Positions 26,201 through 34,558 of a stretch of DNA of 36,740 nt are shown here, piece by piece. Under the pieces are notes generated by a model. The model saw only the letters and a list, made by a program, of their open reading frames with translations. It made no database searches and was not told the DNA's origin. Origin of the DNA: a virus (lineage: Duplodnaviria; Caudoviricetes); the IMG/VR virus record IMGVR_UViG_3300042868_014222, positions 1 through 36,740 of that record. One strand, written 5' to 3'. Both the position numbers and the translations under genes were made by a program. The first letter of the stretch is position 1. The number at the start of each line of letters is the position of its first letter.

Positions 26201-29200
26201 GCCGACTAGCTTTGCGATTCGCGCCTACCACGGCACCCCGCATGAGGTTGACCGATTCTCTACAGAGAAGATCGGCAGCGGCGAAGGGGCACAAGTCTAC
26301 GGATGGGGGCTTTATTTTGCACAAAACCGCAATGTTGCCCAAAACTACAAAGAAAGACTTACCAATGGCACATTGATTTTGGATGGCGTTTCCGCAATGG
26401 AAAACCGCACAAAAACAGGAAATCTAATATGGGGCCATGCAAGCGAATACTTTGCATCTGGTTACAAAACCAAAGAAACCTTGCTGGCAAAGCTCAACAA
26501 CGCACGGAAATTTGAAAAGGACGGAGGCAATAAATACTTCCCTGATTCCGATTACATCCAAGTCATTGATGCTCTTGAGAATACAATAGAATTATCTTTG
26601 AGAGACGAAGGCAACCTCTACACCGTTGAACTTGACGCAGAGGATCACGAACTTCTGGATTGGGATAAGCCGTTGAGCGAGCAGAGTGAAGAGGTTAGAA
26701 AAGCGTTGGAGTCTATTATCAAAGACCGCACTGCAACAGAAATTGCCGATAGCTACCTAAAGGAAGCAACCGCACAGGGAGCAACCATTTACCAACTTGT
26801 TGCAGGCTCTTTTGGTGAAAGGGAGGGTAAGACAGATATTGCCCAAGCATCAGAGGCAATGGCATCACTCGGCATCAAAGGCATCCGCTATCTGGATCAG
26901 GGAAGTCGCGACTCCAAGGAAGGCACTCACAACTTTGTCATCTTTGACGGCAAGCACATTCAGATCACCGAGAAGAACGGGCAACCCGTCAGCGTCGAGG
27001 ATGTCCCTGTAGATGGTGGAACCTCCTTCTCCATCCGCGAAAAGACCCCTACGCAGGAAGAGTTAGACGCAATGAAGGCAAGGTTGCCGAAGTATTTTCC
27101 CGCTATTAGCGGAGATGATCGTTCTATTGATATTTTTGCAGACGCAAAAAAGAAAAAGCTAATTGGTCATGCTTCTATTAGACCAGACAAAGCAGGCAAC
27201 CGAGTCGTAATTCGATACATACAAGTTAGAGATGAATACAAAAAACAGGGATACGGAGAAGTGTTGTATCGAGAAATTGCCAAGGTTGCTCAAAAGAATG
27301 GCATAGATTTTCTATATGCTGGTTCTGTGACCTATGATGCAAGGAGATCACGGGAAAGGTTGTTTGATACAACTATTGGTAAAGGGGAAAGTAATGACAA
27401 CGAGGGGGTGTCGTATGAGTTTGAAAGCAAAGTTCCTTCAGAGATCCTATTCTCCATCCAATCCCAAGAGCAGATTGATCGTGTCAACAAGGCCGTGTCA
27501 GATACCACGCAGTTTGCCGAGGGGCGCATGGCACTTTACGAGAGGGCTAAAGATCGCTTTAAGGCAGTCCTTGCAGAGAATAAGGACATCCTAGACGCAC
27601 TCAAGGAGGGAGGCGCTGCCCCGGAAAAGATCAGAAGGGCAAAGCTCATCCAAGGCATTGCCGAGCTAGAGGTCATCTTGCGTCAACTCCCTGCAGAGGT
27701 TCGTGGCAAGGTCGGAGGATTCGGAGTCCTCGCCCGTGGCGGAACGGGAGACACCTTCCTAGCCAATTTCTTCCGTGATCGTGTCCGCATGATCGACGAG
27801 CAGTTGGAGAAGTATCTCTCCAAGGAATACGACGAGGAGCTTTATAGGGTCTTTGAGAGGGCCAAGCCCAAGAAGGACAAGCCAGGTGAAAAGCCCAAAG
27901 GTATCGGTGCCGACATCCAAGACCTCTTTGCCAAGGTCAAGGAAGCGCAGAGGTGGAGTGCAGAGGAGATCAACGCCCACCTTGCCGCGATTGATTCACG
28001 CATTGATTCCGAGGATCTATCCCCATCGGATGAGGCTCGCCTGATCCGCGAGGCCGACTTGATCGGTCTAGTCGGGGGGTGGAGGAACAAGGATTCCAAC
28101 GCCAAGGCCCATGCCATCGCTACGCTCAAGGAGACTTGGGCCAAGGGTTACTACAACTTCATCCTCAAGAAGATGCAGGAGAAGGAGCAGCGGGAAGCCG
28201 ACCGCATGGAAGCCATCGCCGCGACCGGCAAGGAGGGCGTCCTGTCCGAGCGTCAGGAGGCCGACAAGAAGGAGAATGGATGGAAGGGCAAGTTCAAGAA
28301 GGGTTACTTCAACCTCATCTCTTTCGATCAGTTTGTGTCGGTTCTCTTTGGCGAGAAATCCGATATTGCGACCCGCCTAGCCAATGGTGAGCGCAACGCC
28401 AACTCCCAGAAGGAGGATGCCACGCAGTCCAAGATGGACGAGATTTCCAAGTTCTTTGCGGGGCTTGCCGGCAAGGACAAGCTCAAGGGTGAACAACTCC
28501 GCTGGAAGATGGCGCAGAAGTCTCTCAAGCCGTTTGAGGGGACACGCTGGAGTGAGCTAGAGTTCTCCGAGATGGAGGCAGTCGCCGCAACGATGCTCTG
28601 GATGCAGGAGGATGGGAAGCGGCACATGATCGGCAAGCTCGACGATGGAGGGAAGCCCATCTCCGCATGGAACTACACGCAGGAGTTTGTTGACCTTCTG
28701 GAAGCCAATCTCTCCAAGGAGGCGAAGGCACTCCGCGACTTCCTCCTCAAGAAGTACGACACCGAATACGACTCCATCAACAAAGTCTACAAGGCGCTCA
28801 ACGGGATCAACCTTCCCAAGATAGCGAACTACTCCCCTGTCACGGTTGCCCCCGTGAATGCCCCCGCTGGAACTGCTATCGACCCCGTAACGGGAGGCGT
28901 CATGGCGGCAAGGGGAACCTCTCCCGGTGCGCTTCGATCCCGTGGGCAGGCGATTGCCGAGCCGAAGTTCAACGATGTCCTCCAGACCTACATTGCCCAT
29001 ACGAAGCAGATGGAGCATTGGAAGGCTTACGCCCCCTTTATGGCAGAGGCCAACGGCATCCTCCGCAACCGCGATGTCCAAAATGCGATTGAGGCCAAGG
29101 GAGGTAAGGAGGCCAAGGCAGTCCTCAACACCTGGACAGACCTCTTCTCGCAGGGTGGAGTCCGTAGCGCAGAGGCACAACTTGGACTCTCCAAAGACAT

Positions 29201-30242
29201 CTCGGAAGCTGGAGGCAGGGCGGCACGGGTCGCCCTTGTCGGCAGGATCGGCACCATCATCATTCAGTCCACGCAGCTAGGGGCGGCACTCGCAGAGATG
29301 CCTACCGGCGCCTACATCCTCCGCATGAGCAAGCTCCTCTCTGGCAATCTGGGGTGGAAGGCGGCATTTGAGTCTGACTACATCCAGCGCCGGCTGAACG
29401 AGATGCCCCCCATTGTCAGGCAGGCGGTCGAGGGGCTGAAGTCGGATCGCCCGAATGTCGTGAAGTCTGCCGTCGAGAAGCTAGGTCGCCTCATTTCCGG
29501 GGCCGATGCTCTCTTCACCGCAGGCACCTATGCCATCACCTACGACTACCACCTCAAGCAGGCGAAGCAGATGGGTATCCCCTCCCCTGAAGCATACGCC
29601 AAGGGTGTCGCAGAAAGGGCCGTGGACAAGCTCGCTCAACCTACCCGCATGGGCGCAAGGTCGGTCATTGAAAACACCTCCACGGGGCTTATCCGCAACT
29701 TCTGGGCCTTTGCATCCGAGTCACGCAAGAACCTGGGGCTTGCCGCCTATGCCATCAATGTCCAAGACCCCGCCCGTATCGGCAGGACATTGGTTTCCTT
29801 GGTTGTCCTCAACTCCCTCCTTGGCAATGTCATCCGCAACGCATGGAGTGACGCGAGGGACGACGACGATGACGAGTGGTTTGACGAGAAGCATTGGGGG
29901 CTGAAGCGGATGCTGACCTCCACGGCAGTTGACTCCATCCAAGTCAGGGGCATCCCTGTCCTCGGTGACGCCATCAGCACGGGATTCTATGATGCCGTGA
30001 ACCAGTACCACCAGACCGGCTCCCTGATTAACTTCGGGGGATTCATCCGGGCCATGAAGCACATCCCGAAATATGTGGAGGGAGACGCCGATTGGGAGAT
30101 GACCTTCAAGGACATCGACGGGATCTTGAGCGTGGGGGGCTTGTTCAACGAGAGCATTGCCGCCGCCGCTTCCCTGTCCCATCTAGCCAACGATGCCTTC
30201 GGAGTTAGTAAGAACGCAAAGAAAGCAGTTACAGGCGACTAA
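23295..30242 (+). CDS. Large polyvalent ejection protein with ART-like and GNAT domains
   Basis: 2315 aa; YHGTPH..F....GSGEGAQVYGWGLYFA...GIKGIRYLD..SR...HNFVIFD; IQVRDEYKKQGYG GNAT motif A; EELAH degenerate zincin motif. Confidence 0.85.
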   Translation: MPPEDLTSSSPAAPQDDSSFLTSPVPPPEQAPVFADRIALDQTLQQPSMADRIAVDEEENKRQRLENERKRMKEVDLLSKILPDTKSQTKEMAGIQTQANALIDPKLYTDMTVNWRATATLMGKPLDELDATQYGDYKAQIAVKLNKPAPRSESEYRSMLSEYFVKEKGKDTALNELYGNVVLKAFQDTGMGKNRALVGLPTEYVKQWEEQHKDLIGGDAGFHAQANRVYNQTLKDIESIRGRGAETFSALMDFTQGKADDERIAQVAERLSSSTPEERQKVYSYIGLAAEAGHIDRAGIEQFAINMGQSFSRGFDFIPQGTLQLQEDAFREMRDTLATGKVWLRKSEGTPTLNDVYRPSQGAVGSAVNIDLTGREATPEEVATLKAQAEGGLKTFGVIRELRNAAKSSVDPIRPVFEDSAIERGAYGLAGSLGIMVPVAINPAIGMLAYQAQEYDRIMLENPDIDPSFAKGLSLVEGAGNAALDRLQLGAINGKLPVFGGLLNGIKNNGIRRVLTTVGVEILEQNLQEGAQDLIAPLTETMAAALREDMPDKDFGELMKDYVGSRAETFFAVLPLALIGGGIGTYRDLKNPALQLADKQLSIAGFGPAQRDYINKAESPEERDARIQQEWSKRTEQDITAGKEQLAASIAEARSQKAGDTVEVNTKADGSNEWIVRDPAGKEVARVASEDEAVTIIADRGEAEIKSQANVVADLLDSDWRKDKLPNFEAQFGGEVTVEQMLKDAEAKGDTKLVEAIKASIEAHGNDPTELAKLRVLGESRVTPYAEGQYKAFVKLNEGATAQDAFEELAHNIFDIDIAEGRITKEQAREWVSQTTAAGVAGYKFSTDAEVRESMAQIAQDFARNKIDQTNLPSSFVAFLKKLYTEFVEFMRRAKLLDQAFAEGKIDAEFERYLMGKIGLSDSTMIEREVSRIEGEQGGGQQLDLFQDSRATPEAGADVRTVGDTKIVGPTSFAIRAYHGTPHEVDRFSTEKIGSGEGAQVYGWGLYFAQNRNVAQNYKERLTNGTLILDGVSAMENRTKTGNLIWGHASEYFASGYKTKETLLAKLNNARKFEKDGGNKYFPDSDYIQVIDALENTIELSLRDEGNLYTVELDAEDHELLDWDKPLSEQSEEVRKALESIIKDRTATEIADSYLKEATAQGATIYQLVAGSFGEREGKTDIAQASEAMASLGIKGIRYLDQGSRDSKEGTHNFVIFDGKHIQITEKNGQPVSVEDVPVDGGTSFSIREKTPTQEELDAMKARLPKYFPAISGDDRSIDIFADAKKKKLIGHASIRPDKAGNRVVIRYIQVRDEYKKQGYGEVLYREIAKVAQKNGIDFLYAGSVTYDARRSRERLFDTTIGKGESNDNEGVSYEFESKVPSEILFSIQSQEQIDRVNKAVSDTTQFAEGRMALYERAKDRFKAVLAENKDILDALKEGGAAPEKIRRAKLIQGIAELEVILRQLPAEVRGKVGGFGVLARGGTGDTFLANFFRDRVRMIDEQLEKYLSKEYDEELYRVFERAKPKKDKPGEKPKGIGADIQDLFAKVKEAQRWSAEEINAHLAAIDSRIDSEDLSPSDEARLIREADLIGLVGGWRNKDSNAKAHAIATLKETWAKGYYNFILKKMQEKEQREADRMEAIAATGKEGVLSERQEADKKENGWKGKFKKGYFNLISFDQFVSVLFGEKSDIATRLANGERNANSQKEDATQSKMDEISKFFAGLAGKDKLKGEQLRWKMAQKSLKPFEGTRWSELEFSEMEAVAATMLWMQEDGKRHMIGKLDDGGKPISAWNYTQEFVDLLEANLSKEAKALRDFLLKKYDTEYDSINKVYKALNGINLPKIANYSPVTVAPVNAPAGTAIDPVTGGVMAARGTSPGALRSRGQAIAEPKFNDVLQTYIAHTKQMEHWKAYAPFMAEANGILRNRDVQNAIEAKGGKEAKAVLNTWTDLFSQGGVRSAEAQLGLSKDISEAGGRAARVALVGRIGTIIIQSTQLGAALAEMPTGAYILRMSKLLSGNLGWKAAFESDYIQRRLNEMPPIVRQAVEGLKSDRPNVVKSAVEKLGRLISGADALFTAGTYAITYDYHLKQAKQMGIPSPEAYAKGVAERAVDKLAQPTRMGARSVIENTSTGLIRNFWAFASESRKNLGLAAYAINVQDPARIGRTLVSLVVLNSLLGNVIRNAWSDARDDDDDEWFDEKHWGLKRMLTSTAVDSIQVRGIPVLGDAISTGFYDAVNQYHQTGSLINFGGFIRAMKHIPKYVEGDADWEMTFKDIDGILSVGGLFNESIAAAASLSHLANDAFGVSKNAKKAVTGD

Positions 30243-30280
30243 CATTCCTCTTGCCGAGCGAACTAACTTTAGTTAGTAGT
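30238..30280 (+). promoter_or_regulatory. Promoter/operator upstream of the tail fibre gene
   Basis: ATTCCTCTTGCC (identical at 11528) and inverted repeat ACTAACT-TT-AGTTAGT (30262-30277). Confidence 0.6.
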
Positions 30281-30287
30281 AGCGGCA

Positions 30288-31340
30288 ATGTCCGTTTCGA
30301 CAACGATTTCTCAAGTAACCTACGCTGGAAATGCCTCTACTTCTGCGGCATATCCCGTCTCATTTCCGTTCTTCGACGCTACTGATCTCTCTGTAGTGGT
30401 CAACACGGGAGGAGTGCCTACGACATTGGTCAATGGCACGGGCTACACGGTCACGGGCGGGGCAGGATCTACGGGGAATATCGTCACGACTTCTGCAATC
30501 CCTGCGACATCCACGGTCATTATTACTCGCAATACCGCCAAGACGCAGTTGACGAGCTACACGACAGGCGACCGCTTCCCTGCCGCGACCCATGAGAAGG
30601 CGTTGGATAAGCTGACCATGCTTGTGCAGGAGGCTACTGCAAATAACCTCCCTGGCACCGCAACCGCATCTGGTGCCGCCCCCTATGTGCTTCAAGCCGA
30701 ATCTGCCGGCGCGACCCCTGCTTGGGTCTCGCAGTCTGCTGGCGGTATTGCCGCTGGCGCGATTACCAATACCATGCTGGCCGGTGGCATCACTCCCGGT
30801 AAGCTCTCAACTGGTGGGCCGGTCTGGGATGCCTCTGGCAACCTGACTGCAACCTCGTTTATTGGCCCTGTAACGGGAGCCGTTATGGGTAATGCCTCGA
30901 CAGCTACGAGACTCGCCACGGCAAGAACGATCTCCCTCTCTGGAGATGTCACCGGCACGGCCTCATTTGACGGGTCTGCAAACGCTACCATTGCCGCCAC
31001 AGTTCCCAACAACTCCGTCACCGCCGCAAAGCTAGGAACCAACGAGCAGAAGCAGATTGCAAAGGCGTGGATAAAGTTTCAGCCAACAGGAACAATCCTT
31101 TCAAGCTTTAATGTAAGCTCAGTTACAAGAAACGCTACAGGAACATATACCATTTCATTCACAACTGCGATGGTAGATGCAAACTATTATGCTGGAGTAA
31201 CATCTGTTGGAACCATTGGCATAGGAAGCATTAATGCAACATTTACTCCGACCACTACCCAAGTGGCAATAAATATAGTAAGAGCTGATACATTCGCAGG
31301 AGTTGATTCTCCATTTTGTGTAACCATCTTCGGAAACTAA
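30288..31340 (+). CDS. Tail fibre protein (T7 gp17-like N-terminal anchor)
   Basis: YAGN.ST..YPVSFPFF..DL.V; HEKALDKLTMLVQ; GNASTATRLATARTISLSGDVTG; C-terminal AKAWIKF..SFNVSSV...TGTY. Confidence 0.85.
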   Translation: MSVSTTISQVTYAGNASTSAAYPVSFPFFDATDLSVVVNTGGVPTTLVNGTGYTVTGGAGSTGNIVTTSAIPATSTVIITRNTAKTQLTSYTTGDRFPAATHEKALDKLTMLVQEATANNLPGTATASGAAPYVLQAESAGATPAWVSQSAGGIAAGAITNTMLAGGITPGKLSTGGPVWDASGNLTATSFIGPVTGAVMGNASTATRLATARTISLSGDVTGTASFDGSANATIAATVPNNSVTAAKLGTNEQKQIAKAWIKFQPTGTILSSFNVSSVTRNATGTYTISFTTAMVDANYYAGVTSVGTIGIGSINATFTPTTTQVAINIVRADTFAGVDSPFCVTIFGN

Positions 31341-31344
31341 TCTC

Positions 31345-31755
31345 ATGCCATTCATCACCTACCCCCAGCCTAACGGACAAGTCGCGGTCATCATCCCTTG
31401 TGGTGCTATTGAAGACTGCATCAAGGATGTCCCAGAGGGAGTTCCCTACAAGATCGTTGATTCCCTTGAAGTCGACGATTTCTACTTCAACGCCTACGAG
31501 TTCTCCGAGGAATCTGGAGCCGAGGTCAATATCGACAAGGCGAAGGCACTCCACTTGGACAAGTTCCGCGAGGCTCGGAAGCCGAAGCTCTCCAAGCTCG
31601 ACGTTGACTACATGAAGGCTATCGAAGTCGAGGACAGCGTAAAGGCATCCGCTATTGCCGTCCAGAAGCAAGAGCTACGCGACATCACGCAGACCCCCCT
31701 CCCCGACACGCTGCCAGAGATTAAAGAAGTCTGGCCTGGCATTCTCAACCCCTAA
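31345..31755 (+). CDS. Tail fibre assembly chaperone-like protein
   Basis: DVPEGVPYKIV, KAK...REAR...L..LDV, KQELRDIT, WP. Confidence 0.7.
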   Translation: MPFITYPQPNGQVAVIIPCGAIEDCIKDVPEGVPYKIVDSLEVDDFYFNAYEFSEESGAEVNIDKAKALHLDKFREARKPKLSKLDVDYMKAIEVEDSVKASAIAVQKQELRDITQTPLPDTLPEIKEVWPGILNP

Positions 31756-31766
31756 TCCACACGACC

Positions 31767-31889
31767 ATGCCCTCACTCGAAACTCACCCCCAGACTTCCG
31801 ACAAACTCACGCTCGAAACCTTCAGCGAGAACGAGAAACCCGTTGAAGCTCCCGTCGAGGAAGCCCCTGTCGTCGAGAAAAAGAAGTAA
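31767..31889 (+). CDS. 40-aa acidic peptide MPSLETHPQTSDKLTLETFSENEKPVEAPVEEAPVVEKKK
   Basis: Fills the gap between neighbours; codon style like the structural genes. Confidence 0.55.
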   Translation: MPSLETHPQTSDKLTLETFSENEKPVEAPVEEAPVVEKKK

Positions 31890-31892
31890 GTC

Positions 31893-32312
31893 ATGTCCGA
31901 CTTCCTCAATCCACACCTGACCCGTCCCGCTGTCCGTTGGACAAGCGGGGATGCCCTCCCTGCTGTTGAGCAGACCGGCCCTGCCGCACCCTTGCTGGTG
32001 GACGCTACCACGGGAAGGTTGATGGTGGATACGGAAGCGAATTTGACGGCAGACCTCTCGGACATAGAGAACAAGCAGGACACGACTAATGGGATCTTAG
32101 CTACTCAAGCTGCCGACACCGCGCTGATCAAGGCATCGTCTGCCTCAATCGCAGGCATGGCGATTCCGCCGAACGACTACATCTCCCTCTCCTACACATC
32201 GGGGAACCTGACCGGCGTCGTCTACAAGACGGGCGGGAGTGGCGGCACTACGGTTGCGACACTCACGCTTGCCTATAGCGGCAGCGATCTCGTCAGCGTC
32301 ACCAAGAGCTAG
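31893..32312 (+). CDS. Hypothetical virion protein
   Basis: C-terminal DYISLSY..GNLT.VVYKTGGSGGTTVATLTL.Y beta module. Confidence 0.7.
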   Translation: MSDFLNPHLTRPAVRWTSGDALPAVEQTGPAAPLLVDATTGRLMVDTEANLTADLSDIENKQDTTNGILATQAADTALIKASSASIAGMAIPPNDYISLSYTSGNLTGVVYKTGGSGGTTVATLTLAYSGSDLVSVTKS

Positions 32313-32314
32313 TC

Positions 32315-33265
32315 ATGGCATTTGCTTTCAACCCTATCACGGGCAAGCTCGATCTGGTCGGATCTGGTGGTGGAGGTGGCGGTGCGACGCTTGGTGCTAA
32401 CACCTTCACGGCAACGCAGACCATCACCGCTGCCGCGAACACGAGTGCCCTGACTGCTTCCTACAGCGTCACGGGCGCGAACACGACCCCGCTGCTGGAT
32501 CTCAGCGGAACTTGGAACACCACGGGCATCGCAAGGGGAATCCTGCTCAACATCACCGACACGGCGAGTGCGGGATCGAGTCGCCTGCTTGAACTTCAGA
32601 CAGGCGGCACGAGTCGGTTGACGGTCGATAAGCTGGGGCAAATATCCTCTAGCGTTTCTGGAACGTCGCAGAGTGCGATTTCCTATGGTGCGGGAAGTTT
32701 CTTCCTGCGTGGTGATGGTGTGTTTCAATCTTCTAGGTTTGAAGTGAATGGGTTGCATGGTCGGTTGGATAATTTAGGGGTAAGAATACGAAGCACGGCA
32801 GTTTTGGGATTTTGCTCTGGCGACGCCGTTACGACTTCTTCGGACACCATCCTCGCCCGAGACGCGGCGAACACGTTAGCCCTGAGAAATGGCGGGACTG
32901 CCGCCTCGCCCGTGCCACAGACATTCCGCCTCTATAACTACACGGACGGCACGCTGACAAACTTCGAGCGTGGCTTCATGCGCTGGAACAGCAACACCCT
33001 CGAAATCGGCACAGAGGCGGGCGGCACGGGGACGGGTCGTGCTTTTGACTGCTATTCCGCAGGAACCCTTTCGGCTAGGTTCAGGGGAACAAGTTTTGCA
33101 ACCATTTACGTTGGGTTGGAATGGGTCTTCTCCTCTCTGTCATCAAACCCGACAACAACGGACGTTACCGCAGGCCGCACCCGAGTTATCAAAAACACGA
33201 CCACCGGCGAATTGAGGCTATGGGCCAATGACGGCGGAACTCTTAAATCAGCACTTCTCTCATAA
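32315..33265 (+). CDS. Second fibre/spike-like virion protein
   Basis: FNPITGKLDLVGSGGGGG adaptor; Gly/Thr/Ser-rich beta repeats; DTILARDAANTLA. Confidence 0.7.
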   Translation: MAFAFNPITGKLDLVGSGGGGGGATLGANTFTATQTITAAANTSALTASYSVTGANTTPLLDLSGTWNTTGIARGILLNITDTASAGSSRLLELQTGGTSRLTVDKLGQISSSVSGTSQSAISYGAGSFFLRGDGVFQSSRFEVNGLHGRLDNLGVRIRSTAVLGFCSGDAVTTSSDTILARDAANTLALRNGGTAASPVPQTFRLYNYTDGTLTNFERGFMRWNSNTLEIGTEAGGTGTGRAFDCYSAGTLSARFRGTSFATIYVGLEWVFSSLSSNPTTTDVTAGRTRVIKNTTTGELRLWANDGGTLKSALLS

Positions 33266-33435
33266 TGAACAACATGACCCCAACCGAAGCCCTGCAACTC
33301 ATTAGCGAAGCTCTGGAGCCTCGCAACATCAACGCCATCTCTCGACAGGGATTCATCGCCATCCAGCAAGCAATCGAAACTCTCGCCAAAGTAATCACTC
33401 CCGACCCCTCCGAAGACCATGCAACTAACGATTGA
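33265..33435 (+). CDS. 56-aa hypothetical protein (MNNMTPTEALQLISEAL...)
   Basis: TAATG coupling; amphipathic helices. Confidence 0.6.
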   Translation: MNNMTPTEALQLISEALEPRNINAISRQGFIAIQQAIETLAKVITPDPSEDHATND

Positions 33436-33679
33436 CCCCTCCAAACTGAACGGCCTGACCGCCATCGTCGCCCGACTCAACGCCGTCGAGGGTGCCGAGC
33501 AGATCACGCCCGAAGACTACCTCCTCGCAAGGTGCCACGAGATACTGGACAGCTACACCCAGCAAGAACTGGAGAGGGTGAAGCAGGAGGCCGCGCCACT
33601 CTTCGACCTCGCAGCCACCCTGCCCGTGGAAGCGCAGGAGCAGATTAAGGCCCTCGTCCAGCAACTCGCCCAAAGCTGA
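33419..33679 (+). CDS. Hypothetical protein
   Basis: ORF in the late operon; TGATG coupling to the next gene. Confidence 0.65.
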   Translation: MQLTIDPSKLNGLTAIVARLNAVEGAEQITPEDYLLARCHEILDSYTQQELERVKQEAAPLFDLAATLPVEAQEQIKALVQQLAQS

Positions 33680-33903
33680 TGCAACTCCTCCGCGACCTCT
33701 GGCTACTGGTCAAGTGCTACCCTGTCGCAAGGCGCCGGGTTCTCAAGCTCTCCGAGGACAAATACCCTGGAGTTGTTCGCACCCAAATTGCGTACAATGA
33801 GGTTCGCACCGAGCTTATCAAGAAAGGCTACAAGGACGATAGCATCACGGGTGCGATCATTTATATTGCGGTTTCTCTTGCCTATTTAACATCAGTCAGG
33901 TAG
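33679..33903 (+). CDS. Hypothetical protein with C-terminal hydrophobic helix
   Basis: ITGAIIYIAVSLAYL. Confidence 0.6.
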   Translation: MQLLRDLWLLVKCYPVARRRVLKLSEDKYPGVVRTQIAYNEVRTELIKKGYKDDSITGAIIYIAVSLAYLTSVR

Positions 33904-33913
33904 ACGATGTTAA

Positions 33914-34147
33914 ATGAGCGCAGATGATGTAGCAGTTTTACGCCTTAAACTTGAGCGTATAGAGACCGTCCTTGAGGAGCGGGCCTTGGTTGCTGATCGG
34001 AATCATCGCCTGATCCAAACTGTTATTGGCATTTTGGTCGTCCAGATTTTCGGGAGTCTGTTCTTTGCAGGGCAGAAGGCCCAAAAGATAGAGATGTTAG
34101 GGGAGAAGATCATTGCAATCGAACACCGGCTTAACACCGATAAATAG
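33914..34147 (+). CDS. Single-TM coiled-coil protein (holin/antiholin-like)
   Basis: TVIGILVVQIFGSLFFAG flanked by coiled coils; precedes the lysis genes. Confidence 0.55.
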   Translation: MSADDVAVLRLKLERIETVLEERALVADRNHRLIQTVIGILVVQIFGSLFFAGQKAQKIEMLGEKIIAIEHRLNTDK

Positions 34148-34153
34148 ACTTTT

Positions 34154-34558
34154 ATGACTTGGGATATTCCCCAAATGGTCACGACGATAGGAGGCATCGT
34201 GAACAAGTTCATCCCAGACCGGGATGCACAAGCGAAGCTACAGGCAGAGCTTCAGATGAAGCTGCTAGAGATTGAGGCCAATTCCGCCAAAGCGCAGACC
34301 GAGATCAACCAAGTCGAGGCGGCAAGTTCCAACATCTTTGTCTCTGGGTGGCGCCCCTGCGTGGGGTGGGTATGTGCCACGGCCTTTGCATGGCAGTTCG
34401 TCATTCAACCCTTCTTCTCGTTCGCTTACACCCTCTACACCAAGCAACCGGCGCCGGTCGTTGCCCTCGACCATGATGCGCTCAACACCGTCCTTTTTGG
34501 GCTTTTGGGGCTTGGAGGCTTTCGCAGTTGGGAAAAGGTAAAAGGAGTCTCCAAATGA
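34154..34558 (+). CDS. Holin, 3TM (GTA-type) family
   Basis: KFIPD.D, INQVEA.S.NIFVSGWRP.VGWVC, GLLGLGG.RSWEK.KGV. Confidence 0.88.
   Translation: MTWDIPQMVTTIGGIVNKFIPDRDAQAKLQAELQMKLLEIEANSAKAQTEINQVEAASSNIFVSGWRPCVGWVCATAFAWQFVIQPFFSFAYTLYTKQPAPVVALDHDALNTVLFGLLGLGGFRSWEKVKGVSK

Noticed and set aside
30288-33265. Diversity-generating retroelement targeting the fibres
   Set aside because: No reverse transcriptase ORF and no TR/VR repeat pair noticed in the window.
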